Assembly: GCA_041491325.1 (NCBI GenBank)
Contig: JBGPUS010000002.1
Coordinates: 1 to 33,717 of the forward strand
Direction of reading: 5' to 3'
Length of the DNA stretch: 33,717 bases
DNA from: Nitrospirota bacterium
GTDB taxonomy: Bacteria; Nitrospirota; UBA9217
The notes beneath the pieces were generated by a model. That model had not been told where the DNA came from. It worked only from the letters and a program-made list of their open reading frames with translations, and made no database searches. Below are positions 1-8,763 of this stretch, one piece after another (position 1 is the stretch's first letter; the number at the start of each line of letters is the position of its first letter). The position numbers and the translations under genes are program-made.

Positions 1-990
1 AATCCGGAACGCATACCGCATCTCGTCCCACATGTTCAGGCTTGGTGAGCTTGCCAGGCTGTCAGTGCCGAGGCCCACGGTAATACCCGCGTCGAGAAAC
101 TTCTTGAGAGGCATCCTGCCGACGTTGGTTTCTTTGTTGCTCCGAGGGCAGTGAGCGACTGATGTTCCTGATTTTTTGATGAGCCTGATGTCATTGTCTG
201 AAACTTGAACAGCATGCACAGCAAGGAATTTTGAGGAAAGTATGCCGATTCTATTTAGATATTCGAACGACGAAGAGCCTTTAGGCGCCCAGGAGGGGTC
301 CCAGCCCGCAAGCTGGTAAAGCTTTTCGAGTCCATTCCTCTTACACTGGAGCAGCTTGATCTCATCTTTAGATTCCGCTACGTGCATGCAGAGCCTCAGC
401 TTTTTCGCCTGTGCGGTTTTTTTTATTTTGTGGAGAGTGGCCTCAGAGACTGTATAGGGAGTATGAGGAGATAAACCATTGTGTATCAGTCCGGTGTTTC
501 GTCCTCTTTTTTGTATTCTTGACTCCTGATCCCTGCCCCCTGACCCCATGCCGATGATCTCACGGTAGACAACGCCTCGCAACCCGCTTGCTGTAAGAAT
601 AGCAGGGCTCTCTCCGTGCGTGCAGATTTCAGCCACAGTAGTTGCACCGGTATGGATAAGGGTCCCGATATTCTCTTTTACAGCAGCAGCGTAATCTAGG
701 GATCCGAGTTCTTTTTTCGCTTTTATGAGGTTCAGCACCCAATCAGAAAATGCCTTGGCGCGGATGGCATTGAGAAGTAAGGGTAGTTCGAGGTGGGTGT
801 GGGTATTTACTAAACCGGGCAAGAGAACCGCATCCGTCAAACGGTGTATTCTGTGATCTGAGTATTGCTTGGTAATTTGTTCCGCACTGCCTATGGCAAG
901 AATGGAGCCGTGGCTGATGACGACTGCTCCGTTGTTGCTCGGAGCGGTTTTTGAACGCATGGGGAGAAATTTAGTCGAGATGAGTATCAT
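1..990 (-). CDS. amidohydrolase-superfamily metal-dependent hydrolase (MtaD/SsnA/aminofutalosine-deaminase-like); 3' end runs off the left window edge
   Basis: Not in the ORF track because it has no stop in the window. Manual reverse-strand translation from the ATG (complement of 988-990) stays open to base 1: MILISTKFLPMRSK..VLLPGLVNTHTHLE (HxH metal motif near residues 63-65)..CMHVAES..VAHCPRSN..GLGTDS. An alternative in-frame ATG lies at 1059. Confidence 0.8.
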   Translation of the reverse strand, partial: MILISTKFLPMRSKTAPSNNGAVVISHGSILAIGSAEQITKQYSDHRIHRLTDAVLLPGLVNTHTHLELPLLLNAIRAKAFSDWVLNLIKAKKELGSLDYAAAVKENIGTLIHTGATTVAEICTHGESPAILTASGLRGVVYREIIGMGSGGRDQESRIQKRGRNTGLIHNGLSPHTPYTVSEATLHKIKKTAQAKKLRLCMHVAESKDEIKLLQCKRNGLEKLYQLAGWDPSWAPKGSSSFEYLNRIGILSSKFLAVHAVQVSDNDIRLIKKSGTSVAHCPRSNKETNVGRMPLKKFLDAGITVGLGTDSLASSPSLNMWDEMRYAFRI

Positions 991-1134
991 CGGCACAAGG
1001 GGCGTTATTTGACCTGACAGAAGAGATCCCCTACCTTTTTTTGAATTCAATATCTTCATCTTCGCTATTTTTATGACTGTTCGGTAGCGATGACATAATT
1101 TACCAGTACGAATCAGCCAGGGCAAGAGAATATA

Positions 1135-1210
1135 TGACATAGAGTCATTCAACTGAACCATGGCTGTGACGAGGAGCTGGTTTGGGTAAGAAATATGACA
1201 AATTTTGTCA
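1135..1210. promoter_or_regulatory. two TGAC..GTCA palindromes, candidate enhancer-binding-protein (PilR-type) sites upstream of the pilin sigma-54 promoter
   Basis: TGACATAGAGTCA at 1135-1147 and the perfect TGACAAATTTTGTCA at 1196-1210 lie 75-150 nt upstream of the -24/-12 element. Confidence 0.3.
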
Positions 1211-1283
1211 CTTAGTATTGACTTATAATGTCGTTTTCAATAGGAACATGCGGTTAACTTACTGAAATTTCATTAATTATTGT

Positions 1284-1299
1284 TGGCATGCGTCATGCA
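1284..1299 (+). promoter_or_regulatory. sigma-54 (-24/-12) promoter for the pilin gene
   Basis: TGGCATG-CGTC-ATGCA compared with the consensus TGGCACG-N4-TTGCA. The GG and GC dinucleotides are correctly spaced, about 115 nt upstream of the ATG at 1414. Confidence 0.6.
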
Positions 1300-1413
1300 T
1301 CTTACAAGGGTGAAAAGCCTAAGGCCAACGAAAGGGGGTGAAACTTCCATAAAGGGCCTTAAGCAAAATAGCAAAGTAATGATCTATCAATCAATATTTA
1401 TGGAGGCAACACA

Positions 1414-2025
1414 ATGAAAATGAATAAAAAAGGCTTTACCCTGATCGAACTGCTGATCGTCGTGGCCATTATCGCCATTCTGGCGGCTGTTGCCATCCCG
1501 CAGTTCTCTTCATACCGCGTCAGAGGATACAACACCGCTGCAGCGAGTGACATGCGGAACATGAAGCTAGCAATCGCGGCATTTTCAACTGACAACGCCG
1601 CCTATGCTGGCACTCTAGGCTGTACGAGCGGTACCGCTGCCTGTGCAAACACTGGTCCGGGAGCAATGGTCCTCTTGGCTGGTCCGCTGCAGTACTCAGT
1701 TTCCACTGCCCAATATAGCATCGTTGCTACTCAAATTCCGCCGAATGATGTGATCTGGTCACTTGGTCTTTCAAGCGGTGTGACGGCGGGTATTTCCACA
1801 GGTGTCAATGGAGCATATTATGTTGCAGTCAGCGGTCACACCTCGGGAGACACTATTTTTGCCGCTCATAGCCAACTTACTTCGTTGATGAGAGCAGGCA
1901 AAGACCCTGGCACCGGACTGCCGGTTGTTGTGACAGCAGGTGCGCCTGGTTTTCCGCTGATGTATGCGCCGACGTCAACCGCCATTCCTGCAACGGATCT
2001 TGCGGGAGTTTTCGTCAATATGTAA
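1414..2025 (+). CDS. pilA: type IVa pilin (PilA-like), 203 aa
   Basis: Leader MKMNKKG followed by FTLIELLIVVAIIAILAAVAIPQF, the class III signal with Gly-1/Phe+1/Glu+5. GGAGG lies about 8 nt upstream. A Cys pair occurs in GCTSGTAAC. Confidence 0.9.
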   Translation: MKMNKKGFTLIELLIVVAIIAILAAVAIPQFSSYRVRGYNTAAASDMRNMKLAIAAFSTDNAAYAGTLGCTSGTAACANTGPGAMVLLAGPLQYSVSTAQYSIVATQIPPNDVIWSLGLSSGVTAGISTGVNGAYYVAVSGHTSGDTIFAAHSQLTSLMRAGKDPGTGLPVVVTAGAPGFPLMYAPTSTAIPATDLAGVFVNM

Positions 2026-2041
2026 GCTTCTGAAAATGCTT

Positions 2042-2072
2042 AAAAGGCCGGGTACTACCCGGCCTTTTTTTT
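2042..2072 (+). terminator. rho-independent terminator after pilA
   Basis: AAAAGGCCGGG-tacta-CCCGGCCTTTT stem-loop followed by a T-run. Confidence 0.85.
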
Positions 2073-2074
2073 GT

Positions 2075-2103
2075 TTGATCTTTTTAAACACCTGGAGTAT
2101 AAA
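2075..2103 (+). promoter_or_regulatory. sigma-70-like promoter of the ABC operon; predicts a near-leaderless mRNA
   Basis: TTGATC, 17 nt, TATAAA. The -10 element ends 8 nt before the ATG at 2112, and no Shine-Dalgarno sequence lies between them. Confidence 0.4.
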
Positions 2104-2111
2104 TAACACCG

Positions 2112-2855
2112 ATGATAACAATTACAGGTATCTCGAAGGAGTTTAAAGAAGGGATAGGCGCGAGGAGTGTCAAAGCGCTGGAGGACCTTGATCTCGAAAT
2201 CCGGGAAGGAGAGGTCTTTGGTTTCCTCGGACCGAACGGGGCAGGGAAGTCGACTGCGATCAAAATCCTCATGAACCTCATCTACCCCGACAAAGGGCGC
2301 GCCTCGATCAGGGGTAAGGATGTCCGTGACCGGGAGACAAGAAGACACGTGGGGTATCTCTCCGAAAATCCCTATTTTTATGATTACCTGACCGCCGAAG
2401 AACTGTTGTGGTTCGGCGGCAGGACATCGGGTTTGTCGTCGTCAGCAGTAAAAACAAGGACCGATGAACTTCTGGCAAAATTCAGCCTGAACGCTGCGCG
2501 TAAGAGACAGCTTCGGACCTACTCCAAGGGGATGGTCCAGCGGGTCGGTCTTGCCCTGGCCCTAGTCCATGACCCTGATGTTGCGATCCTCGACGAGCCT
2601 ATGAGCGGGCTCGACCCCATCGGAAGAAAAATGGTCGGTGACCTCATTTTGGAACTCAAAGCGCAGGGGAAAACGGTCTTTTTTTCTTCTCATATTCTTA
2701 CGGACATTGAACGGTTTTGCGACCGGGTGGGCGTTATCATAGGAGGCAAACTGCGATTGGTTGATACCTTGGATAAGCTCGTGTCCGGTACCGTAAGCCT
2801 AGAGGACGTTTTTTTGAGGGAAGTGGAAAAAGCAGGCGGAGGTTTACAGGCATGA
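2112..2855 (+). CDS. ABC transporter ATP-binding protein (ABC-2/NosF-like exporter type)
   Basis: Walker A GPNGAGKST, signature-like YSKGMVQRVGLA, Walker B VAILDEP, H-loop SSHIL. Confidence 0.9.
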   Translation: MITITGISKEFKEGIGARSVKALEDLDLEIREGEVFGFLGPNGAGKSTAIKILMNLIYPDKGRASIRGKDVRDRETRRHVGYLSENPYFYDYLTAEELLWFGGRTSGLSSSAVKTRTDELLAKFSLNAARKRQLRTYSKGMVQRVGLALALVHDPDVAILDEPMSGLDPIGRKMVGDLILELKAQGKTVFFSSHILTDIERFCDRVGVIIGGKLRLVDTLDKLVSGTVSLEDVFLREVEKAGGGLQA

Positions 2856-3664
2856 CAACGCTTTGGCCGATAGCGCTAATCACTTTTAAGGAAGGCATCC
2901 GGAACAGGGCAATTTACGGCATATTCCTTATGGCACTTATGTTATTGATCGCAAATTTCCTTCTCTGCAGCATGATTCCGCGTGAGGTTGGGAAGGTGGC
3001 TGTGGATATAGCCCTTTCAACAGTTTATTTTTCGGGATTGTTGCTAGTTTTTTTCGTGGGAATCAACCTGATGGCGAAGGATCTGGACAGAAAAACGATC
3101 TATATGGTGATCTCCCGGCCGATCTCTCGGCCGCAGTACATCGTCGGCAAGTTCTTCGGCATGGCGCTTCTCATCATCGCTGCCATGGTTTTTCTGAGCA
3201 TCTTTGCCATTCTCTCGATATTTCTGATCAAATTATCCTATCCGGGGTATTTTCCCAGATTTTCCTGGCCTATGGTGCTGCTGGCGCTGGCGCTTTCCAC
3301 TCTGCCGCTCATCCTGCTTTCGGCCTTAAGTTTTCTTTTTGCATCATTCACATCCTCTTCGTTCATCACGCTTGTCCTGACTATGATCGCTTATATCATC
3401 GGCCGGTCCTCCTACGACGTAAAGGCGCTTGTAGAATCTCCCGAAGCAGCCGGCATTCATCCTTCACCGGTTACGGTTAAGCTGGTGCATGTAGCCTATT
3501 ATCTTTTCCCCAACCTATCCGTTTTCGATATCAAAACTCAGGCTGCCCATAACCTTCCCCTTGCCCCATCATACATTCTTTGGGCCGTTCTTTATGGTGT
3601 TGTGTATACGTCCTTGGCCGTGGCTTGTGCTGCCGTATTTTTCAGAAGGAGGGAATTCCCCTGA
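2852..3664 (+). CDS. ABC-2 family permease (NosY-like), about 6 TM segments
   Basis: 4-nt ATGA overlap with the ATPase gene. The protein is hydrophobic and carries ISRPISRPQYIVGKFFG, typical of ABC-2 permeases. Confidence 0.85.
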   Translation: MTTLWPIALITFKEGIRNRAIYGIFLMALMLLIANFLLCSMIPREVGKVAVDIALSTVYFSGLLLVFFVGINLMAKDLDRKTIYMVISRPISRPQYIVGKFFGMALLIIAAMVFLSIFAILSIFLIKLSYPGYFPRFSWPMVLLALALSTLPLILLSALSFLFASFTSSSFITLVLTMIAYIIGRSSYDVKALVESPEAAGIHPSPVTVKLVHVAYYLFPNLSVFDIKTQAAHNLPLAPSYILWAVLYGVVYTSLAVACAAVFFRRREFP

Positions 3665-4518
3665 TGAGAAGGCTGCTTGTAATTGCAGTTCTGATTTTCC
3701 TGACGACAGTGCATGTTTTTTCTCTCGGGAAGGTCACCGAAGGATTCAAACTGCTTCCCACGGGCGAAGATTCCGCCTTCATGATACCGGCGCCAATTTT
3801 AAAAATCGTTACGCTTGATTTTCACGGGATTGCTTCTGATTATTTGTTCCTAAATTCTATTGTCTTTGAGGGAAGCACGTACGTAAGAACGGAAAGGCCG
3901 AGAGTAAAGCCCTGGGAATGGAATTGGCTTTTTCGTTCTCTCGATGCGTCGACGAGCCTCGACCCGTACTTTTTCGATCCATATTACTTTGCAAACGGAT
4001 TAACGTGGGATTCATTGATGGTAGAGGAAATTAATCATCTCCTTGAGCAAGGCAGTAAATACAGAGATTGGGATTCCTTGCTTCCTTTTTATGTCGGCTT
4101 CAACTACTTCTATTTTTTCCAGGACAATCTAAATGCCCGCAAATGGTTGCTGGAAGCCTCAAGGAAACCGGATGCTCCTTCGCTGTATGCATCACTCGCT
4201 GTCAAGCTCTCATATGAGAAGAAATACACAGAAAATGCCATCAGTTTTCTAGAAGAACTGTCAAGAAGAACGGAAGATGAGGCGCTCAAGAAAAAGTACA
4301 AAGATCGCCTTATTTTTTTGCATCAGGTTCTGAAAGTAGAAAATGCCGCGGAAGCGTATAAAAAGACGTTCGACAATAAACCTGCCGACATCCAGGCTTT
4401 GATTCGAGCTGGAATGCTGCATGAAATACCGGTGGACCCTTATGGGGGGCAATTATATCTGGATTTTGGCGGGAAGGTGAAGAGCACAAGTGATCTTCAC
4501 CTGGAATCCTTGCCGTGA
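3664..4518 (+). CDS. hypothetical exported or membrane-anchored helical-repeat protein coupled to the ABC-2 exporter
   Basis: The ATG at 3664 overlaps the permease TGA by 1 nt. The N-terminus MRRLLVIAVLIFLTTVHVFS looks like a signal peptide or anchor. AAGGAGGG lies upstream. I recognise no family. The longer track ORF from 3580 overlaps the permease and was trimmed. Confidence 0.7.
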   Translation: MRRLLVIAVLIFLTTVHVFSLGKVTEGFKLLPTGEDSAFMIPAPILKIVTLDFHGIASDYLFLNSIVFEGSTYVRTERPRVKPWEWNWLFRSLDASTSLDPYFFDPYYFANGLTWDSLMVEEINHLLEQGSKYRDWDSLLPFYVGFNYFYFFQDNLNARKWLLEASRKPDAPSLYASLAVKLSYEKKYTENAISFLEELSRRTEDEALKKKYKDRLIFLHQVLKVENAAEAYKKTFDNKPADIQALIRAGMLHEIPVDPYGGQLYLDFGGKVKSTSDLHLESLP

Positions 4519-4562
4519 TTGCAAAAGAAGTGCTCGTTGATGCCAAATAGCACTGGTTTTAT

Positions 4563-4976
4563 TTATTTCCCCTTCCTCCGCTCCTCATGTCTGATGTCCA
4601 GCCTCTTCAACTGCTCAATGCTTTTACTCAGGTCGTGCAGCGTCCTGAGTACCTGACGCCAGTTTTGGGCTTCGCGGATTCTGGCGTCGCCTGGATAAAG
4701 CCGTACGAACTCGTCAAATTCCTGCAGCGCCTGGGCATAGTCCCGTTGCGGGTTTTCGAAGGATGCGAGGGCGGTGGCCAGGCCGTACCGGGCATCCGCG
4801 GACGATGACGAAGTCGGATGTTCCCGGATGCTTTTTCGGTACAAGGCGATCGCCTCGGTGTACTTTTTGCTTTGAACAAGGTCGTTCGCTGTTTGCACTT
4901 CCCTTCCGGGTCCGGTGAAAGACGCGCACGAGGACAAGAGAACCGTCAGAGCGATTAAAACGAAGAGCTGCTTCAT
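4563..4976 (-). CDS. lipoprotein with YbgF/BamD-like TPR helices
   Basis: MKQLFVLIALTVLLSSCAS contains a lipobox (LSSC). TPR-like YTEAIALYRKSI..ALQEFDEFVRLYPGD is present. ATGA overlap with the upstream GGDEF gene. Confidence 0.75.
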   Translation of the reverse strand: MKQLFVLIALTVLLSSCASFTGPGREVQTANDLVQSKKYTEAIALYRKSIREHPTSSSSADARYGLATALASFENPQRDYAQALQEFDEFVRLYPGDARIREAQNWRQVLRTLHDLSKSIEQLKRLDIRHEERRKGK

Positions 4977-6376
4977 CCGTTCCTCCGCTTGTCCACGACA
5001 AAAACGCTTTTCGGTATGGTTTTGGCGTAGTCCTTGAGCTCGGCCGCGATCTCCGACGCTTCAAGCGGATCGGTGAATTTCCGGCGTTCGTTGGTTACGA
5101 CGGCAATGGATATAGTCATGATCGGGAACTGCATCTCGATGCCCTGTCTCGTTTTTCCAAGGATGTAACCTCTTTTCCGGTCCTCGGGTTCATAAAACTC
5201 TGCGATGCGCTGATCGAAACGGCTGATAACTTCAGTGGAAATCTCGCGCATAAATTCAGGCGTGGTGATGACCACGAAGTCATCTCCTCCGACATGTCCC
5301 ACGAAATCATCCGGCGCGCCTTTTTCCTTGACCGAATACTCGATGATGCGGGCCGTCTCCTTGATCACCTCGCTGCCGTTCGCGTACCCGTACCGGTCAT
5401 TGAAGGCCTTGAAGTTGTCGAGGTCGAGCACGCAGAAGGCAAGCGGCTGCTCGGCTTCTATCCGCTTCTTGAGCACGTTTTCAATGGCGATGCCGCCCGG
5501 CAGGCGGGTCAGCGGGCTGGCATCGAGGTACATTTCTTCGAGTTTGCGCAGCCGCTTACCCATGGCCAGAAAAGCTTCCGACAGTCTTCCAATCTCGTCG
5601 TTCGTTTTGATCTGGGGATCATAGTCGAAGTTTCCTTCGGCTATATGCTCGGTTGCTTCTTTCAGCTTATGGATGGACGAAGCAATGTGATGGGTCACGA
5701 CAAGCCCGGCCATCGCGCCCGCAATGATGCTGAAAAGGCACAGGACGGCAGTGGTCAGGAAGGCCGTGCCGCCTATCGCGCTGATCCGCTTCATCTTGGC
5801 GTCCTGCGATTCGCGGGCGGTGCTGGACAACACCCGGAGGGTATCGAGCAGCTTCTCCAACGTCTTTTTAAGATCGCGGTTGGAGATTGCGTAGGCCTTC
5901 CCGACTTTGTTGTCCTGGACCAGCCGTATTTCCGCGGTAAAGAGGTCCGTATATTCCTGGTGCAGGCTTTCGATGGTTCCGAGAGGAAGGCCCGAGGCGC
6001 CCCGAAGATTTTTGAGCGCAGCGAGCCACGCGCGGAACTCATCTCCCCGTTTTAGGAAAAGTGCCCGCATGTCCTTGCTCTTGAGGATCAGGTATCTTTT
6101 TTCATAGGTATCCTGGGCAAGCAGGGCGTCGAGCATCTTGTCCGAAGTCTCGCTGACCACGATATCGACTTTAACGATGCTTCTGTTCAAGGTGTTGATC
6201 CTCTGCAGACTGATAAGCGCATAGAGGACGACGATGACGGTGAGCGCTACGAGCGTCATATACCCGAACAGCATTTTGCTTGCGATATTCAGCCGAGCGA
6301 AAAGCCTGGTCGGGACGAGCTTGTCCAGGATTTTGGGAGGGATGGGAATGTCCATTTTCGAAATATCGAATTTCAC
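4973..6376 (-). CDS. membrane sensor, helical-bundle/HAMP-GGDEF-family nucleotide cyclase (GGDDF variant)
   Basis: Two TM segments flank a helical sensor region. HAMP: IASSIHKLKEATEHIAEGNFDYD..DEIGRLSEAF. GGDEF domain: SPLTRLPG..LDLDNFKAFNDRYGYANGSEVI..HVGGDDFVV. Confidence 0.85.
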   Translation of the reverse strand: MKFDISKMDIPIPPKILDKLVPTRLFARLNIASKMLFGYMTLVALTVIVVLYALISLQRINTLNRSIVKVDIVVSETSDKMLDALLAQDTYEKRYLILKSKDMRALFLKRGDEFRAWLAALKNLRGASGLPLGTIESLHQEYTDLFTAEIRLVQDNKVGKAYAISNRDLKKTLEKLLDTLRVLSSTARESQDAKMKRISAIGGTAFLTTAVLCLFSIIAGAMAGLVVTHHIASSIHKLKEATEHIAEGNFDYDPQIKTNDEIGRLSEAFLAMGKRLRKLEEMYLDASPLTRLPGGIAIENVLKKRIEAEQPLAFCVLDLDNFKAFNDRYGYANGSEVIKETARIIEYSVKEKGAPDDFVGHVGGDDFVVITTPEFMREISTEVISRFDQRIAEFYEPEDRKRGYILGKTRQGIEMQFPIMTISIAVVTNERRKFTDPLEASEIAAELKDYAKTIPKSVFVVDKRRNG

Positions 6377-6441
6377 AGTAGAAGATTAACAAACATCGCT
6401 TATCTTGTCAATATTATTAAGAGAACCGGTCCCGGGAGGTC

Positions 6442-8439
6442 TTACGGCGTTTCATCGTGGACCGCGGGTTCATTCGCGTTTGCGGCTGCATCGTCAACAT
6501 ACGTTCTCGGCTCCGCGCCGGGCAGGAAGGCTTCGCGGATTGAATGTCTGCATTTTTCAGTGCAAAGGAGGCCCGACCTTGGGTCGACTTGTTTGAAGAT
6601 GATGCCGTCGGGCACGCTAAAGTCCTCGCTTTCCGTCCCGGCGAGCGTTTTTTTCATGAATTCGAGCCAGATGGGAAGCGCGGCGCGGGCGCCCGTCTCC
6701 TTCGGACCGATGCCGGCCTGGTCATCGTATCCCACCCAGACGCCCGCTACCAGACTGGGCGTATACCCGATGAACCAGGCGTCATGATAATCGTTTGTGG
6801 TGCCGGTCTTGCCGGCAACCGGTCTGCCGAGCTCACGCGCCTGCCATCCCGTGCCCTGTTCTATCGCGCCCTTGAGAAGGTTCGTGACAAGATAAGCGGT
6901 CTCCGGTTTGATGACCTGCGCCGGCAGAGTATCGTTGACGTACAGCACGCGACCGGTATTGTCGGTGATTGTAAGGATCGATACCGGGCCGATCTTTATT
7001 CCGTGATCCGCGAACACGGAGTAGGCCGCGGTGAGTTCCAGGAGCGTAACATCGGAGGTCCCCAGGGCCAGCGATAAATACGGACCCAGAGGGGCCGTGA
7101 TGCCGATTTTTTTTGCGTAGCGAATAGTTTCATCCACGCCGACTTTGTCAAGCAGCCGGATTGTGGGCACATTCAATGATTGGGCAAGCGCCCTGCGCAC
7201 GGTCACGGGTCCCTGATAGGTATGGCTGAAGTTTTCAGGCGACCAGTTGTTCTTCCTGTCCGTCTTGACCGTCAGGGGAGAGTCGTCGAGAATGTCGGAT
7301 GCTCCAAAACCGCGGTCGAGGGCCGTCGCATAAATGATCGGCTTAAACGCGGAACCGGGCTGCCGGAACGCCTGATACGCGCGGTTGAACTGGCTCTGGT
7401 TGTAATCACGGCCGCCGACCATGGCCCGAATGCGGCCGGTCGCGGGTTCGATGACCAAAAGCGCCGCTTGGAGGGGGGAGGTTGAAGGCTTTTTGCGGCG
7501 CGCCTCGATCTTTGCAAGGCCTGAGCGCACCGCTTGTTCCGCGATGGCCTGGAGCTCGTCATTGATGCTCGTGTAGATATTGAGCCCGCCGGAATACAGA
7601 ATGCCCGATCCGAACCGGTCCTCGACCTTCTGACGAATGTATTCAACAAAGTAGGGGGCCGGGCCGTCGATTTTTATTGCCCTCTGGACAGGGAGGGGAG
7701 CCTTTTTAGCGTCGTCGGCCTGTGTCTTTGTTATAACGCCGGTCGCGACCATCCGGTTAAGCACGTAGGCGCGCCTGCTCCGGGCGTTCTCGGGAGCTTT
7801 AAACGGCGTATAGTATTTCGGCGAGCGGGGCAGTCCGGCAAGCAGCGCGCATTCCTCGATGTTCAGCTCTTTGGCCGGTTTCCCGAAATAGGTCCGGGCA
7901 GCCGCTTCAACGCCGTAGGCGCCGCTGCCGAAATAAATCTGGTTGAGATAGAGTGAAAGGATTTCACGTTTTGTGTATCTCTGTTCTATCCTGAGCGCAA
8001 GGGCCATTTCCTTGAGCTTGCGCGTATAGCTTCGCTCGGGAGTGAGAAAGAGCACTTTCGCGAGCTGCTGCGTGAGTGTGCTCGCCCCTTCCTGTACTTT
8101 TCCCGCGAGAATGTTCCGGTATAGGGCCCGGGCAATGCCGCGCGGGTCCAGGCCCCGGTGGCTGAAGAACCGGGTGTCCTCGGTCGCAATGAGTGCCTTG
8201 ATAAGCGTCTCCGGCACGTCCTCGAGAACGACCGGCGTGCGGTTCTCCAAAAAAAATTCGGCGAGAAGTTTATTGCTGTCGGAATACACGCGCGAGGTAA
8301 TGCTCGGTTTGTACTCTTCAAGGGTCTTTACCTCGGGCAAATCCCATATGGAGAAAATGACAAATCCGGCTGCCCCGCCGATAAGAACCGCAGTCAGTGT
8401 CAGGAACAGATAGAGGAGTATTGATTTTCCTTTTAGCAT
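6442..8439 (-). CDS. mrcA: penicillin-binding protein 1A (bifunctional glycosyltransferase/transpeptidase)
   Basis: GT51 motifs EDTRFFSHRGLD and GASTLTQQ. Transpeptidase motifs SAFKP (SxxK), SLN and KTGTT. N-terminal TM anchor. Confidence 0.92.
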   Translation of the reverse strand: MLKGKSILLYLFLTLTAVLIGGAAGFVIFSIWDLPEVKTLEEYKPSITSRVYSDSNKLLAEFFLENRTPVVLEDVPETLIKALIATEDTRFFSHRGLDPRGIARALYRNILAGKVQEGASTLTQQLAKVLFLTPERSYTRKLKEMALALRIEQRYTKREILSLYLNQIYFGSGAYGVEAAARTYFGKPAKELNIEECALLAGLPRSPKYYTPFKAPENARSRRAYVLNRMVATGVITKTQADDAKKAPLPVQRAIKIDGPAPYFVEYIRQKVEDRFGSGILYSGGLNIYTSINDELQAIAEQAVRSGLAKIEARRKKPSTSPLQAALLVIEPATGRIRAMVGGRDYNQSQFNRAYQAFRQPGSAFKPIIYATALDRGFGASDILDDSPLTVKTDRKNNWSPENFSHTYQGPVTVRRALAQSLNVPTIRLLDKVGVDETIRYAKKIGITAPLGPYLSLALGTSDVTLLELTAAYSVFADHGIKIGPVSILTITDNTGRVLYVNDTLPAQVIKPETAYLVTNLLKGAIEQGTGWQARELGRPVAGKTGTTNDYHDAWFIGYTPSLVAGVWVGYDDQAGIGPKETGARAALPIWLEFMKKTLAGTESEDFSVPDGIIFKQVDPRSGLLCTEKCRHSIREAFLPGAEPRTYVDDAAANANEPAVHDETP

Positions 8440-8763
8440 TGAAAAGCATTATACCTCCTGACCCGGATGAAGTAAACACCCGCCGAATAAAAAGGTATAA
8501 TGACTTGACTACCGGCTGGGAGTTTGTTGTTTACTGGTATCTATATCTTGAAGGGGCTTTCAAAGTCCGTAAATGGTCACCCTCGAAGGGTTTTATCGGG
8601 ACCCGGTTTGACGGTTGTTCGTAACACCCTATTCCCGACTACGTCCTCGGAAATGACAACATGGCAAAAAAATAGGCGCTGCAATGTACACATTGTGCTG
8701 AATAGATACGTTTACCGTTTGAATTAGCCCGTGGTATCAGCGCCGGACGTGTGTAGTTACAAA

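Noticed and set aside
3580-3663. N-terminal extensions of track ORFs (3580, 24652, 22884, 27452, 15475, 30305, 31122)
   Set aside because: In each case an internal start has a better RBS, removes the overlap with an upstream gene, repeat or promoter, and gives a protein that begins where family members normally begin.
4519-4562. Terminator between the convergent ABC operon and the lipoprotein gene (AGTGCT..AGCACT followed by GGTTTTATTT)
   Set aside because: The stem is only 6 bp, with a 14-nt loop and an interrupted T-run. It is too weak to call from sequence alone.
5294-6055. 253-aa plus-strand ORF antisense to the HAMP-GGDEF gene (similar antisense ORFs at 13432-14280, 21046-21957, 22159-22893, 23723-24358 and 11845-12423)
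   Set aside because: All lie inside confidently assigned genes on the opposite strand and encode Arg/Gly/Asp-rich low-complexity products. The poly-Asp run in 11845-12423 is simply the complement of the Ile/Val codon run at 12343-12369.
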